64,000 bases of DNA. Origin: Lytechinus pictus (lineage: Eukaryota). The DNA lies in contig NC_087255.1 of NCBI RefSeq assembly GCF_037042905.1, positions 17,856,001 to 17,920,000 on the forward strand. Direction: 5' to 3'. Below the pieces are notes generated by a model that had not been told where the DNA came from, ran no database searches, and saw nothing but the letters and a program-made list of their open reading frames with translations. The translations under genes and the position numbers were made by a program. This document shows, one piece after another, positions 37,812-46,213 of the stretch (position 1 is the stretch's first letter; each line of letters opens with the position of its first letter).

Positions 37812-40800
37812 GTCAAACATTTTGATATGTTCGTTGAACATCCTCTACAGGTTTTGCACATTATGATTGCTATCGCGCTTGTTTCCTGTAGAAATATCAT
37901 CTGATTTGGTGTCATTGTCATAAAAGGAAAACAAACCCAAGAAGAGAAGCAATCTTATTGGAAAGTAAAAAACATGTTTGAAGTACGTTTTCCAATTTGA
38001 GGAACCCCTATTGAAAGTACAACAAGACTTTTTAAACGTCCATAACTTGCTTATTTCATAACCGATTTTGATGAAACTTGTTTTGAATTGTTCCTCTCAT
38101 TTTACTCTGTCCAATAAGATTGCTTCTCTTCTTGGGTTTTGGTTTCCTTTAATGTTCTTGTGCATCATTCTCATCATGTATAACAAAATTCCATTCATTA
38201 TTAAAAATAGGAACACAGCAGCTGCCAAACCAGAATACATGTGTGTGATTACTGTTTTCAGGTCATCTTGGCCATTGTTAATGCCAATAGTGGATATAGT
38301 ATGACTGTTTGGAGAATGATAAGTTTTTGTAATCCCTACCATGTCTAATTGACTTCCAGTAGTTGTTTTCATGGAGACGGTAGCTGATGAATCATTGCTT
38401 CTGGCATCATGTTGGAACAGTGCAGTATCATCGCATTCATCTCTTGTTTTATTTCCATTCAATATTGAAGAACAACAAAATGCTGGCTGTGATTTTCTGA
38501 TGAGAATTGTTTGTTTTAGGGTGATGTGAGTTTTAATCGGCTCCGTCAGGGAAGGCATCCACTCACCATTTTGATAGCATTCAATCTTTCCTGGTAGACT
38601 TCCAGTCTTTGCTCTACAGTCTACAGAAACCCACTTTCCACCATTGTCTTCATCCACAACACAAGATGCTTTACCAGGAGGATAATCTATGTCAAGCCAA
38701 ATCTTGTATGTGTCATCAGTTATTAGCCTCTGATTCTCGTAGACAAACAAAATGTACGTTCCTTGATCAACCCTATGTAGATTATTTATTTTAAGGTTAA
38801 GATAGCAAGGATCTGTGTTATTTTTTTTCTCAACATTGAATCTTTGACACTGCTCTTCAGGCAAAGACAGTGTTGCCCCATCTGCAGAGTTATAAAATGG
38901 GAGCCTATTTGATTGCTGCAATGTGATATCTTTACTGCCACATGGATATGGAAAAATCAACTTGGCTTCCTGCCCTTCTACATAGGACACTGCCTTAACT
39001 TGGTGGCCAATTGAAAGAAGTACTATGATGAGAAGTAGGACTTGACTTATACTATCTGCGTTTTCCTTGTGATGAAACCTGAACATGGCTGCAAAACGAT
39101 AGATACTCCAATGAAATATTCTCCATGGAGAGGAGGACATGTTTAAAGGAGAGACACCACCCTTGCTGGTTTTAGAATGTTTCCAATATTCATTGAAGAA
39201 AAGTTGAAGTATATACAAGGTCCTCCTGCAAGTCAAATGCAATATAATGAGTATGTTTTGGAGAGGCGAGACATGTGGTTGCATTTCAAATTCAAATTGA
39301 TTCCTATTGATGCACAGTTCTGACTACAATTCCTATAGATATCCAATATTTTTCATAGATTATGATTTTTGAAAGAATATTTTTCTACTTGCTAAGCTCC
39401 ATCCCTGTTTGGAAAAAGAGCGCCAGGCTCCCGTAACACAAAGGTTTAATAGCGATTGATCGTAAACTTGATTTTCATGAGAGATTGTACATTGTAGTCA
39501 ATGCAATCAATCGTAGAAAAATGTTCTACGATCATTGCTAAGTTTTGTGTTACGGGCCCCAGATCTTATTCTGGCTGTCACATTGTCTTTCAATTACAGT
39601 CAGCGCCACTATTTAAACATTTTACAATAGACAATTGTACAGGCATGTACATGTAACTTCCCACAGCTCAGCACTTGCTCACAATCAATGCTGTTATATT
39701 GCCTGTCTTTGCTGGTGATACTTGCACCTCAAACTGTTACTGTGGTGAGTTTCCAGGTTGGGGGGTTCAGACTTGGGCACTTACATGTAAATTATATTTT
39801 GAGTAGTTTGTGCTTCATTAAACCCTGAAATTAGGGTCTAGGAACCAACAGTGAAGTGAGAAATATGAGGTTGAGAGTCTTGGGAACTATGTTCAGTATC
39901 GTCAATCAGACAGTGAAAGGCAAGGTTCTAGGGTGCTCCATTAGCCAAACTACCAGTAATCAGCAGATTGAAATCATGGGGTTTTGAGAACTGAATGTTT
40001 TACATTAAAGCGTGAACCTTTTTAAGTACAGTAATAACTAGATAATTTTTGGCTGCAGTCTCTCATTTTTGTGCTGAATTGCACTCTATACCACTGCTTC
40101 AGCATTCCTGCACAGTGCACACCACAGATACTTGTCATAATGGGCTTCTTCAGAGCAGGGCTGGGTCAAGAGAATGGAAATCAGGGTCTGGAAAATGGGG
40201 GTCATCAAAGCCCTGGGTCAGCTCTGACAAACTTATAACGTACCTCTGTCACGTTGTTACAAGTAGCTTTGGCTGATGATGTCACAGCCAGAGTGAGATC
40301 TAGAGCTCACACATGTATTTACATACAGTGTAAAGCGTGAAGCAAATTTTCTGAAATATTTAACAAATCTGTGAAACATATTTGGATGTACTTTAATCAG
40401 AGTTGTATTCAGCACTGTGCATGAATAGGAGCCTACTTAATTTGGAATGCAGGGGTCCTTAAAGGTGGCAATGATTCAACTCACTTTTCACCCTCAATGT
40501 ACAGTATAACAGTCAGAAACTACATTATAAAAAGATCATTCTTCAGACAGCAGACCAGTATTTCAGTGTTCTCACAGAGTCAAAAAGTAAAGAAAATGAA
40601 GATTTGTAAAATACTGATTTAAAATGATGAATTTGTTTTTACTTCACTGTATGAGGCTTTTCATACGCATGTCTTGCAAAATAAAATATTTATTCATCAC
40701 CAAAGATCTTTGTTCTTCTTTTAATTATGTAATTGAAATTGAAAGAAATCATAACAAAAAAGCCCTCCCCACCAAAAACAGTCAACACTTGTAAGAAGTT

Positions 40801-43800
40801 GAGGAATGTTTGCCAACTGGATATTATGTTTTGAAAATATTACATTGAAACAGACTAAAGTTTCAGTTTATCTAACATTTGTTTGAACTTGCTACAAATA
40901 ATCAGGAAATATGCTTACCTTTTATGCGAGCTTGTGAACAAATGAGTACAGCCTTGAAGAATTCGTTTACAGGTAGCCTAGCAACCATGTTTGACTACCA
41001 AGTGATTTTAGAATGTCTCAACTTTGATTACCTTTTAAATAAATCATATATTTAGATTTTTACAAAATGATAAATATATTTATTTATTATTTTAATTGTT
41101 TTAATTTTTAAACCTCGAGCCACATTATAATTAGGAAATATTGGAGGTCCAAACTAAATGATAAAGCCAGAGGATGTACTGAATATATGTATGTAAATAT
41201 AGATCATCCAATGTTAAAAAAAAAGAATGGTGGTAGTGGTATTAAAGTCCATGTACATTGTTGATATTTCATTGAAAGCGATGAAGAGTAAACACGGTGT
41301 TACTGAAATGTTGAACTTGTCTGTGTGTGTTGTGTGAGTGGGTGTATGTGTATTTGGATATGTAGGATGGGGGGTCGGGTGTCCGGACACTTTATATTTT
41401 TGAAGCCTTCTTTTTTGTCTTTGGATTACACTAAAAATATGAATTCAATACTTGTAATCATCATCTATTTTGTTCTTTATAATATATCCTAACATTTTGT
41501 ACTAAAAATTTATGAAACTTCGCTTGTAAATTTTTCCAAATGACTTTTTAAAAATTGATCGTCCGGACACACAACCTGTCCGGACACACAACACCTGGGT
41601 ATATGTACTGACATAATCACATCCATCAGGGGTAGCACTCATATACATGTAGTATGTCTCAGGACGGACCTGCAGTCACCATAAGAAAGACAGTGACCCT
41701 GGGCTTTAACCAATTCTACATGTAATTGCCCCTTTTGTCTCTCCAGGGGTCCGTTGCAGAAAGAGTTGCGTTTAAACGCAAGTCAAAATATCAATTGCAT
41801 GTCCCAAATGCGCGTTATTGATTGGTTGAAAATCAAATTACGCATGATTTTTAAAGTTGCGATTGATTGCAACTCTTTCTGCAACAGGCCCCTGACCAAA
41901 GTTTGACAGAGACCTAGCTTATAATCACTATCTTGTTTGAGTCGGTTGGTCTCGGCCGTCAGATGGTAAAACGGTCTAACTCGAAAATTTGATTTTTGAT
42001 GTTGTTGTTGTTGTTGAATATGATGGCACTCTTCAATCTCTCCAGATTATACGCGTGTAAATTCAATTTCCTGGTAATGTGAGGGCGGAGCCTTTAAAGT
42101 TCCATCGACTTGACGACTTGGCGAGATAATGTATCTCGCCACGTCGACATGGCGAGATACATTATCTCGCCAAGTAGACTCATAGAAATTTATATATCGA
42201 CATGGCGAGATACGTTATCTCGCCAAGTCGACTTTAAAAAGTTATATGTTGACATGGCGAGATACGTTATCTTGCCAAGTTGACTTATAAAACGTTATAT
42301 GTCAACATGGCGAGATATTTTATCTTGCCAAGTCGACTTATAAAACATTATATGTCGACATGGCGAGATATGAAGTGTCCAAGGACATATAACTTTTTAA
42401 AAGTCGACTTGGCAAGATAAAATATCTCGCCATGTTGACATATAAATTTTTATAAGTCAACTTGGCAAGATAACGTATCTCACCATGTCGACATATAACT
42501 TTTTTATAATTTGACTTGGCGAGATAACGTATCTCGCCATGTCGACATAAATTTCTATAAGTTGACTCGAAATATAATTTTTTGTAAGTTGACTTGGCGA
42601 GATAACGTATCTCGCCATGTCGACATATAACTTTTTATAATTCGACTTGGCGAGATAACGTATCTCGCCAAGTCGATGGAACTTTAGAGGCTCAGTAGTT
42701 AGCCTAGAAGATAGACCATTTTACCATCTTATGATGTGTAGTATGAGTGTATACATGTGCTGTGGTTAAACAGTCTATCTACACAATAATCTCATTTATT
42801 TCATAATTAAAACCCAAATAAGCACAAAATTCTTCAGTTATTATTCTTCTTCTTTTCCCATTGCTAAAAATGCATTATACTGGCGGCCGGTCTGTTACAA
42901 ATGTGTTAAAGTTTTTGTACAACTTGCTTGCATTTCTTTATTTCTGCATCAATTGTGATCACACTTGGAAAAAATGATCCATGGATAGAACCACATGGGT
43001 TAAAGGTTGTCTAGGGGTCAAAATGTCAAATGATATGTGTGGGCAATGTGCATCAGTTTTTGTTAAAAGCTGTTGTTCAACTTTACATGTATTCTTATTT
43101 CTGCATCAATTGTGTTCACACTTGTTAAATATGATCCTTGGGTAGTACCACATGTGTGTTCATGAGGATTATTGGGTTATTGGGTCAAAGGTCAAGGGTA
43201 AAAGAGGTCAAGTGATATTTGGCCATGTTTATTATTTTTCTTACGTTTTTTATACGCCCTTCCTACGGGACGTATTATGGTCGGTGTCCGTCACGCTTGG
43301 TGTCTGTCTGTCCTTCCGTCCGTCCGTTAACTTTCCCTTGTAAACGCGATAAATTCAATTTAACATAACCTAGCGCCAATATGTTTGTTTGTGTGATGTC
43401 GCCCTCTGCGACGGTTTGTTGTAAAATCGCCCCTTGTTCGGCCGACGCTGTTCTGTGAGGTAAAGCCCGATGAAGTTGGCTTAATAAACTATATTATTAA
43501 CTGTAACTGGCTACTCATCCTTTGTTTAATTATTGTCCTAGGCTCATATAATGTGGTGTGTATGATATGAGCATGGATCCCAGGAAGCCTATTGATTTTG
43601 AGGTCAAAAGGTCAAGAGCACAGTGACATGTTTTCATCTTATCCTTCTGCAGTCCTTGCAAACGTGATATTACTTCAGTTTAACTTAACCTAGGCTCATA
43701 TACATGTAATTTGGTGTGTATGATACTAGCATGGATCCCAGGAAGCCTTTTGATTTTAAGATCAAAGGTCAAGCTCACAGTGACATGTTTTCATCTTAAC

Positions 43801-46213
43801 CTTATGCAGTCCTTGTAAACGTGATAACTTCAGTTTAACTTAACCTAGGCTCATATAATTTGGTGTGTATGATACTAGCATGGATCCCAGGAAGCCTATT
43901 GATTTTTAGGTCAAAACGTGAAAGGTCAATATCACAGTGACATGTTTGTCTCACCTGCATAGCAGAGTGAGTCTATAGGCGCCGCTTTTCTGATGGCGGC
44001 GGCGTCAACACCAAATCTTAATCGAAGGTTAAGTTTTTGAAATGACAGCATAACTTAGAAAGTATATGGACCTATTTCACAAAACCTGGCCATAAGGTTA
44101 ATCAAGTATTACTGAAAATCCTGCCTGAGTTTCAGGTCACATGACCAAGGTCAAAGGTCATTTAGGGTCAATGAACTTAGACCATGTTGGGGAATCAACA
44201 TCAAAATCTTAACCTAAGGTTAAGTTTTTGAAATGTCATCATAGACCTAGTTCTTGAAACTTGGACATAAGGTTAATCAAGTATTACTGAACATCCTGCC
44301 TTAGTTTCAAGTCACATGACCAAGGTCAAAGGTCATTTAGGGTCAATGAACTTTGGCCAAGTTGGGGGTATCTGTTGAATTATTATCATAACTTTTAAAG
44401 TTTATTGGTCTAGTTCATAAAACTTAGACATACGAGTAATCAAGTATCACTGAACATCCTGAGCGAATTTCAGGTCACATGACCAAGGTCAAAGGTCAAT
44501 GAACTTTGGCCATGTTGGGGTATCTGTTGAATTACCATCATAACTTTGAAAGTTTATTGGTCTAGTTCATAAAACTTGGACATAAGAGTAATCAAGTATC
44601 ACTTAACATCCTTTGCGAGTTTCAGATCACATGACCACAGTCAAAGGTCTTTTAAGGTAATTGAACTTTGGCCATTTTGGAGATAATTATTAGATTGCTG
44701 TCATAACTTTCAAAGATTATAGATTTAGTTTATAAAATGTGGATATAGGGGTAATCAAGTATCACTGGCAAGTCTGAGGTCACATGATCAAGGTCAAATG
44801 TCATTTATTGTCAATGAACGTAGTATTGTATCATTATATGAATTGTGATTTTTGTGAATAATTAAGTTATAGTAGTTTTTAAAGTCAGCACTGCTGCTAT
44901 ATTGAATCGCATGATGCAGGTGAGACTGCCAGAGGCGCTCCACTTGTTTTAATTACTCATGCACAAATTTTGATTTATTCATTTATTTTTTTTGGGGGGG
45001 GGATTGTTAAAATTTTGCACATAAATTCAAGAGTCTCTTGAATTATTTGTATACCCCTTTTTTCTTTCAACTTATATGATTTTGCATGACTTGTGTAATT
45101 TTGAAATGGATATTTTCCAACTTCCTTTGTGTACTTCTGTTATATATTATCCGTCTTCTCTCTTTTATGGAATTGTTATTTCTTTACTTTTTTTCTTAGC
45201 TTATGGAACCAATGGGAAGGTCCTGCTGGTAATAAATATTCTGTTATGATGTATACTAGAGGTCAGAAATGTTGGAATGGTCCAGATAGATCTACAAGGG
45301 TGAGTAGAAAGACAGGTTTATTTTCATTTGGTCCAATGCTAATTCGTCTACTAACATTGGTCTACCATCAGTTCGTCCAATATCCACATGGTCTAATTGC
45401 CATTTCGTCTAATAACCAGTTGGTGCAATAGCAGTGTTAAGTGTTAATTGGGCAAAATGAATTGAAATAAAACGGTTATTAGATCAACTGGTTAAGAGAC
45501 GAAATGGTCATAGACGAACTGGTGATTAGACAAAATGATGATTGGACCAAATGGTTATCGGACCAAATGGTTGTTGGACGAAATGTTGATGGATGGAATG
45601 GCATTAGACTAAATGAAGGTAGACCATGTGGTGAGTGGACAAGTTGGCAGTGGACGAATTGGCAATTTACGGAAACACATATTTTCAAGCCTGTATTTTA
45701 CCATACCAGTATTTTCATTTTTGTTTTAACTTTATCAGCATTTTAAAATTAACTGACAACGTTCCTTGGTTTTTTATTTGCTGAGAAGCACAAATTTCTG
45801 ACTTTTACTCTTTTTAACTGTCGGATGATGACAGCTTGTCAGTGTAGGCAACTTTCACAAAACGGTTTGCCAGGGGAGCTTTTCATCAACATTTCTTGTT
45901 TGAAAAGTTGTCAGATCTGACAACTTTCCTTTATTTTGATTGGCTGAGAAGCACTGTTACTATGGTAATAAAACAGGACTTGTTTGGTAAACATATAGCA
46001 AGTCCCTCCATGAAATGATGCTCAGATTTTCAAAATATTTCCATCTTTCTTTTTTCTCTGTAGGTGAATTTAAAATGTGGCATTGAAAACAGTGTCATAT
46101 CTGCTTCAGAACCCGATAGATGTGTCTACCAATTCGAGTTCACCACCCCAGCACTCTGTACGTACAAGTATGATTTGAGCACGGGAGAAACCGATACACA
46201 CGACGAGCTATGA
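15816..46213 (+). CDS. PRKCSH: Glucosidase 2 subunit beta (80K-H); 14 exons, 577 aa
   Basis: Exons 15816-15936, 16649-16774, 17961-18056, 18666-18847, 19477-19540, 21071-21221, 22727-22805, 26044-26136, 26810-26858, 28108-28395, 29447-29606, 30480-30554, 45200-45299, 46064-46213 (1734 nt, all GT-AG, in phase). Signal peptide then RPRGVSL; LDLa-like [20 protein letters not shown] and [15 protein letters not shown]; EF-hand-like DIDSDG and DTDASG; acidic tract; MRH domain ([38 protein letters not shown]); C-terminal HDEL. Confidence 0.97.
16858..17280. mobile_element. MITE with CAGTAGAGGCGCACGGCCAATA TIRs
   Basis: 22-bp perfect TIR, subterminal GGAGA/TCTCC repeats, flanked by TATAT on both sides (inserted in a TA run, so TSD length is ambiguous). 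Confidence 0.9.
18879..19134. mobile_element. Harbinger-like MITE (GGGCCCGTCTTACAAAG family)
   Basis: CTG|GGGCCCGTCTTAC...GTAAGACGGCC|CAG. The empty site AAAGACCAGATC is visible in the inverted duplicate. Sister copies at 26157-26230 (internally deleted, CAG/CAG), ~49357-49605 and ~50946-51212. Confidence 0.9.
19940..20786. mobile_element. Kolobok-like MITE (TTAA TSD) interrupted by a Helentron-like element
   Basis: TTAA|AGGTAAATG...CATTTATCT|TTAA; colinear with 6148-6541 apart from the insertion at 20250-20699. Confidence 0.8.
20250..20699 (+). mobile_element. Helentron-associated non-autonomous element (HINE/pearl-like), family 2
   Basis: Inserted in a T-run without TSD (the sister host reads CACATATTTTTTATTC). 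Starts TTTGATACGCTCGTC, has a (GTCC)n-like microsatellite, ~145 bp tandem units, and a terminal TCGCCTTAGCGA hairpin then CTTGTT. Sister at ~43246-43944. Confidence 0.7.
20804..21010. mobile_element. Palindromic (foldback) MITE
   Basis: TAAGACATTCATTTTGTTTC...CACACGCTACTGCTGTGTGAAGTA is mirrored by TACTTCACACAGCAGTAGCGTGTG...GAAACAAAATGAATGTCTTA; nearly the whole element is an inverted repeat. Confidence 0.85.
21923..22463. mobile_element. Non-autonomous DNA transposon, CAGG...CCTG ends, 7-bp TSD CTACATA
   Basis: CTACATA|CAGGCCTCTACAAA...TTTGTCGCGCCCTG|CTACATA; subterminal CTTGCCC/GGGCAAG repeats. Confidence 0.8.
23307..24424 (+). mobile_element. Helentron-associated non-autonomous element (HINE/pearl-like), family 1
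   Basis: T-run insertion; subterminal IR GTCTCACCTGCAT / ATGCAGGTGAGAC; (GGC)n microsatellite; array of ~120 bp units containing AGGTCAAAGGTCA; ends CCACTTGTTT. Confidence 0.8.
25746..26000. mobile_element. Two abutting degenerate Harbinger-like MITEs sharing a CAG junction
   Basis: CTG|GGGATTATTC...ATGCTCCC|CAG|GGGAGCATTTCATG...; related to the copies at ~26560-26718 and ~45874-46020. Confidence 0.5.
27000..27210 (-). mobile_element. Degenerate tRNA-derived SINE
   Basis: Minus strand begins GGTGCGAGTTAGCTCAGTTGGTAGA (A box); the body includes GGATAGGACGTTAAA. Confidence 0.5.
27508..27605 (+). mobile_element. Degenerate tRNA-derived SINE head (same family as 13660-13843)
   Basis: AGGCATGATAGCTCAGTTGATAGAGCAGGG...CCCAGGTTTGATTCTC...GTGTCCTTG. 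Confidence 0.65.
27835..27959. mobile_element. Harbinger-like MITE (CCCGTAACACAAAG family)
   Basis: CAG-flanked; colinear with 39427-39559 and ~50108-50235. Confidence 0.7.
28686..28766. repeat. Short palindromic element, followed by a partial second copy (~28785-28818)
   Basis: AGTATATTACAGGTTGCCTGGCCGGCAACCAAA...TTTGGCTGCCAGCCGGGCAACCTGTAATATACT. Confidence 0.75.
30893..31596 (+). mobile_element. HINE-like element, family 1 (internally deleted copy)
   Basis: Same ends and ~120 bp units as 23307-24424. Confidence 0.8.
32531..32813. repeat. Local tandem duplication (~140 bp, 2 copies)
   Basis: AACCCTTTAAAAA..TTGTATACAGGCTAAAACATGCAC...TACTACAAATAAACAATTTCAAT occurs twice (~32531 and ~32674). 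Confidence 0.9.
33115..33186 (-). tRNA. tRNA-like cloverleaf with TCA anticodon (probable pseudogene or repeat-borne tRNA)
   Basis: GTCTCTG TT GTCT AGTGGTTA AGGC A CCGGC GTTCAAA GCTGG AGGC CCGGG TTTCATT CCCAG CAGAGAC A, followed by T6. Perfect 7-bp acceptor stem, paired D and anticodon arms. T loop degenerate, one T-stem mismatch, purine at position 32. Confidence 0.6.
33640..34160. repeat. Purine-rich low-complexity region with degenerate ~170 bp periodicity
   Basis: AGATGTAATTATAAACAA-like motif recurs at ~33678, ~33851 and ~34022 within A/G-rich sequence. Confidence 0.6.
34925..35907. mobile_element. Tc1/mariner-like non-autonomous element (TA TSD)
   Basis: TA|CAGTGCGTATCAAAAAAAAGTTTACACTT...AAGTGTAAACTTTGTTCTGATACGCACTG|TA; no transposase ORF. 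Confidence 0.9.
37078..37778. mobile_element. TIR element embedded between (TA)n microsatellites
   Basis: CTCAAAAAAGTTTGGAAATCTGA is an imperfect inverse of TCAGATTTCAAAACTTTTTATGAG; (TA)n on both sides. Confidence 0.65.
37925..38148. mobile_element. Kolobok-like MITE inserted in the 3' end of the Ig-like ORF
   Basis: Long TIR AGGAAAACAAACCCAAGAAGAGAAGCAATCTTATTGGA / TCCAATAAGATTGCTTCTCTTCTTGGGTTTTGGTTTCCT, flanked by TAAA and TTAA; the interior resembles 7390-7988. Confidence 0.85.
38097..39086 (-). CDS. Type I membrane protein with V-set-like Ig domain and Cys-rich second domain, single coding exon (329 aa); nested antisense in PRKCSH intron 12
   Basis: Within the 395-codon ORF 38097..39284. 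Likely start GCAGCCATG at 39086, followed by a signal peptide ([17 protein letters not shown]), V-like motifs (RFNV; [16 protein letters not shown]), YPPGKASC...VDCRA...CYQNG...CC, a Ser/Thr-rich stalk, a TM segment ([22 protein letters not shown]) and a short tail. Confidence 0.8.
   Translation of the reverse strand: MFRFHHKENADSISQVLLLIIVLLSIGHQVKAVSYVEGQEAKLIFPYPCGSKDITLQQSNRLPFYNSADGATLSLPEEQCQRFNVEKKNNTDPCYLNLKINNLHRVDQGTYILFVYENQRLITDDTYKIWLDIDYPPGKASCVVDEDNGGKWVSVDCRAKTGSLPGKIECYQNGEWMPSLTEPIKTHITLKQTILIRKSQPAFCCSSILNGNKTRDECDDTALFQHDARSNDSSATVSMKTTTGSQLDMVGITKTYHSPNSHTISTIGINNGQDDLKTVITHMYSGLAAAVFLFLIMNGILLYMMRMMHKNIKGNQNPRREAILLDRVK
39427..39559. mobile_element. Harbinger-like MITE (CAG TSD)
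   Basis: CAG|GCTCCCGTAACACAAAG...TTTGTGTTACGGGCCC|CAG. Confidence 0.85.
41747..41891. mobile_element. Harbinger-like MITE
   Basis: CAG|GGGTCCGTTGCAGAAAGAGTTGC...GCAACTCTTTCTGCAACAGGCCC|CTG. Confidence 0.8.
42088..42693. mobile_element. Foldback-type element built from inverted arrays of ~50 bp repeats
   Basis: TIR GAGCCTTTAAAGTTCCATCGACTTG / CAAGTCGATGGAACTTTAGAGGCTC. Unit GTCGACATGGCGAGATACGTTATCTCGCCAAGTCGACTTATAAAA is repeated forward then reverse around ~42370-42390. Confidence 0.85.
43246..43944 (+). mobile_element. HINE-like element family 2, containing a 163-bp insertion and truncated by a family 1 element
   Basis: Same 5' end and tandem units as 20250-20699; insertion 43374-43536 is flanked by CCTAG direct repeats. 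Confidence 0.75.
43945..44950 (+). mobile_element. HINE-like element, family 1
   Basis: TTTGTCTCACCTGCATAGCAGAGTGAG...ATGCAGGTGAGACTGCCAGAGGCGCTCCACTTGTTTT; (GGC)n; ~120 bp unit array. Confidence 0.8.
45320..45672. repeat. MITE-like repeat made of short (~15-16 bp) units in inverted halves
   Basis: TTCGTCTA/TTGGTCTA/TTCGTCCA units in the left half and TAGACGAA/TGGACCAA/TGGACGAA in the right half. Confidence 0.65.

Noticed and set aside
39087-39284. N-terminal 66 codons of the 395-aa ORF as coding
   Set aside because: The signal peptide follows the ATG at 39086, which has a good context; the upstream part includes a likely splice acceptor and looks like UTR/intron.
42088-42693. CRISPR array
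   Set aside because: Eukaryotic context; the spacer-like parts are repeated rather than unique; the array inverts midway; no cas genes.
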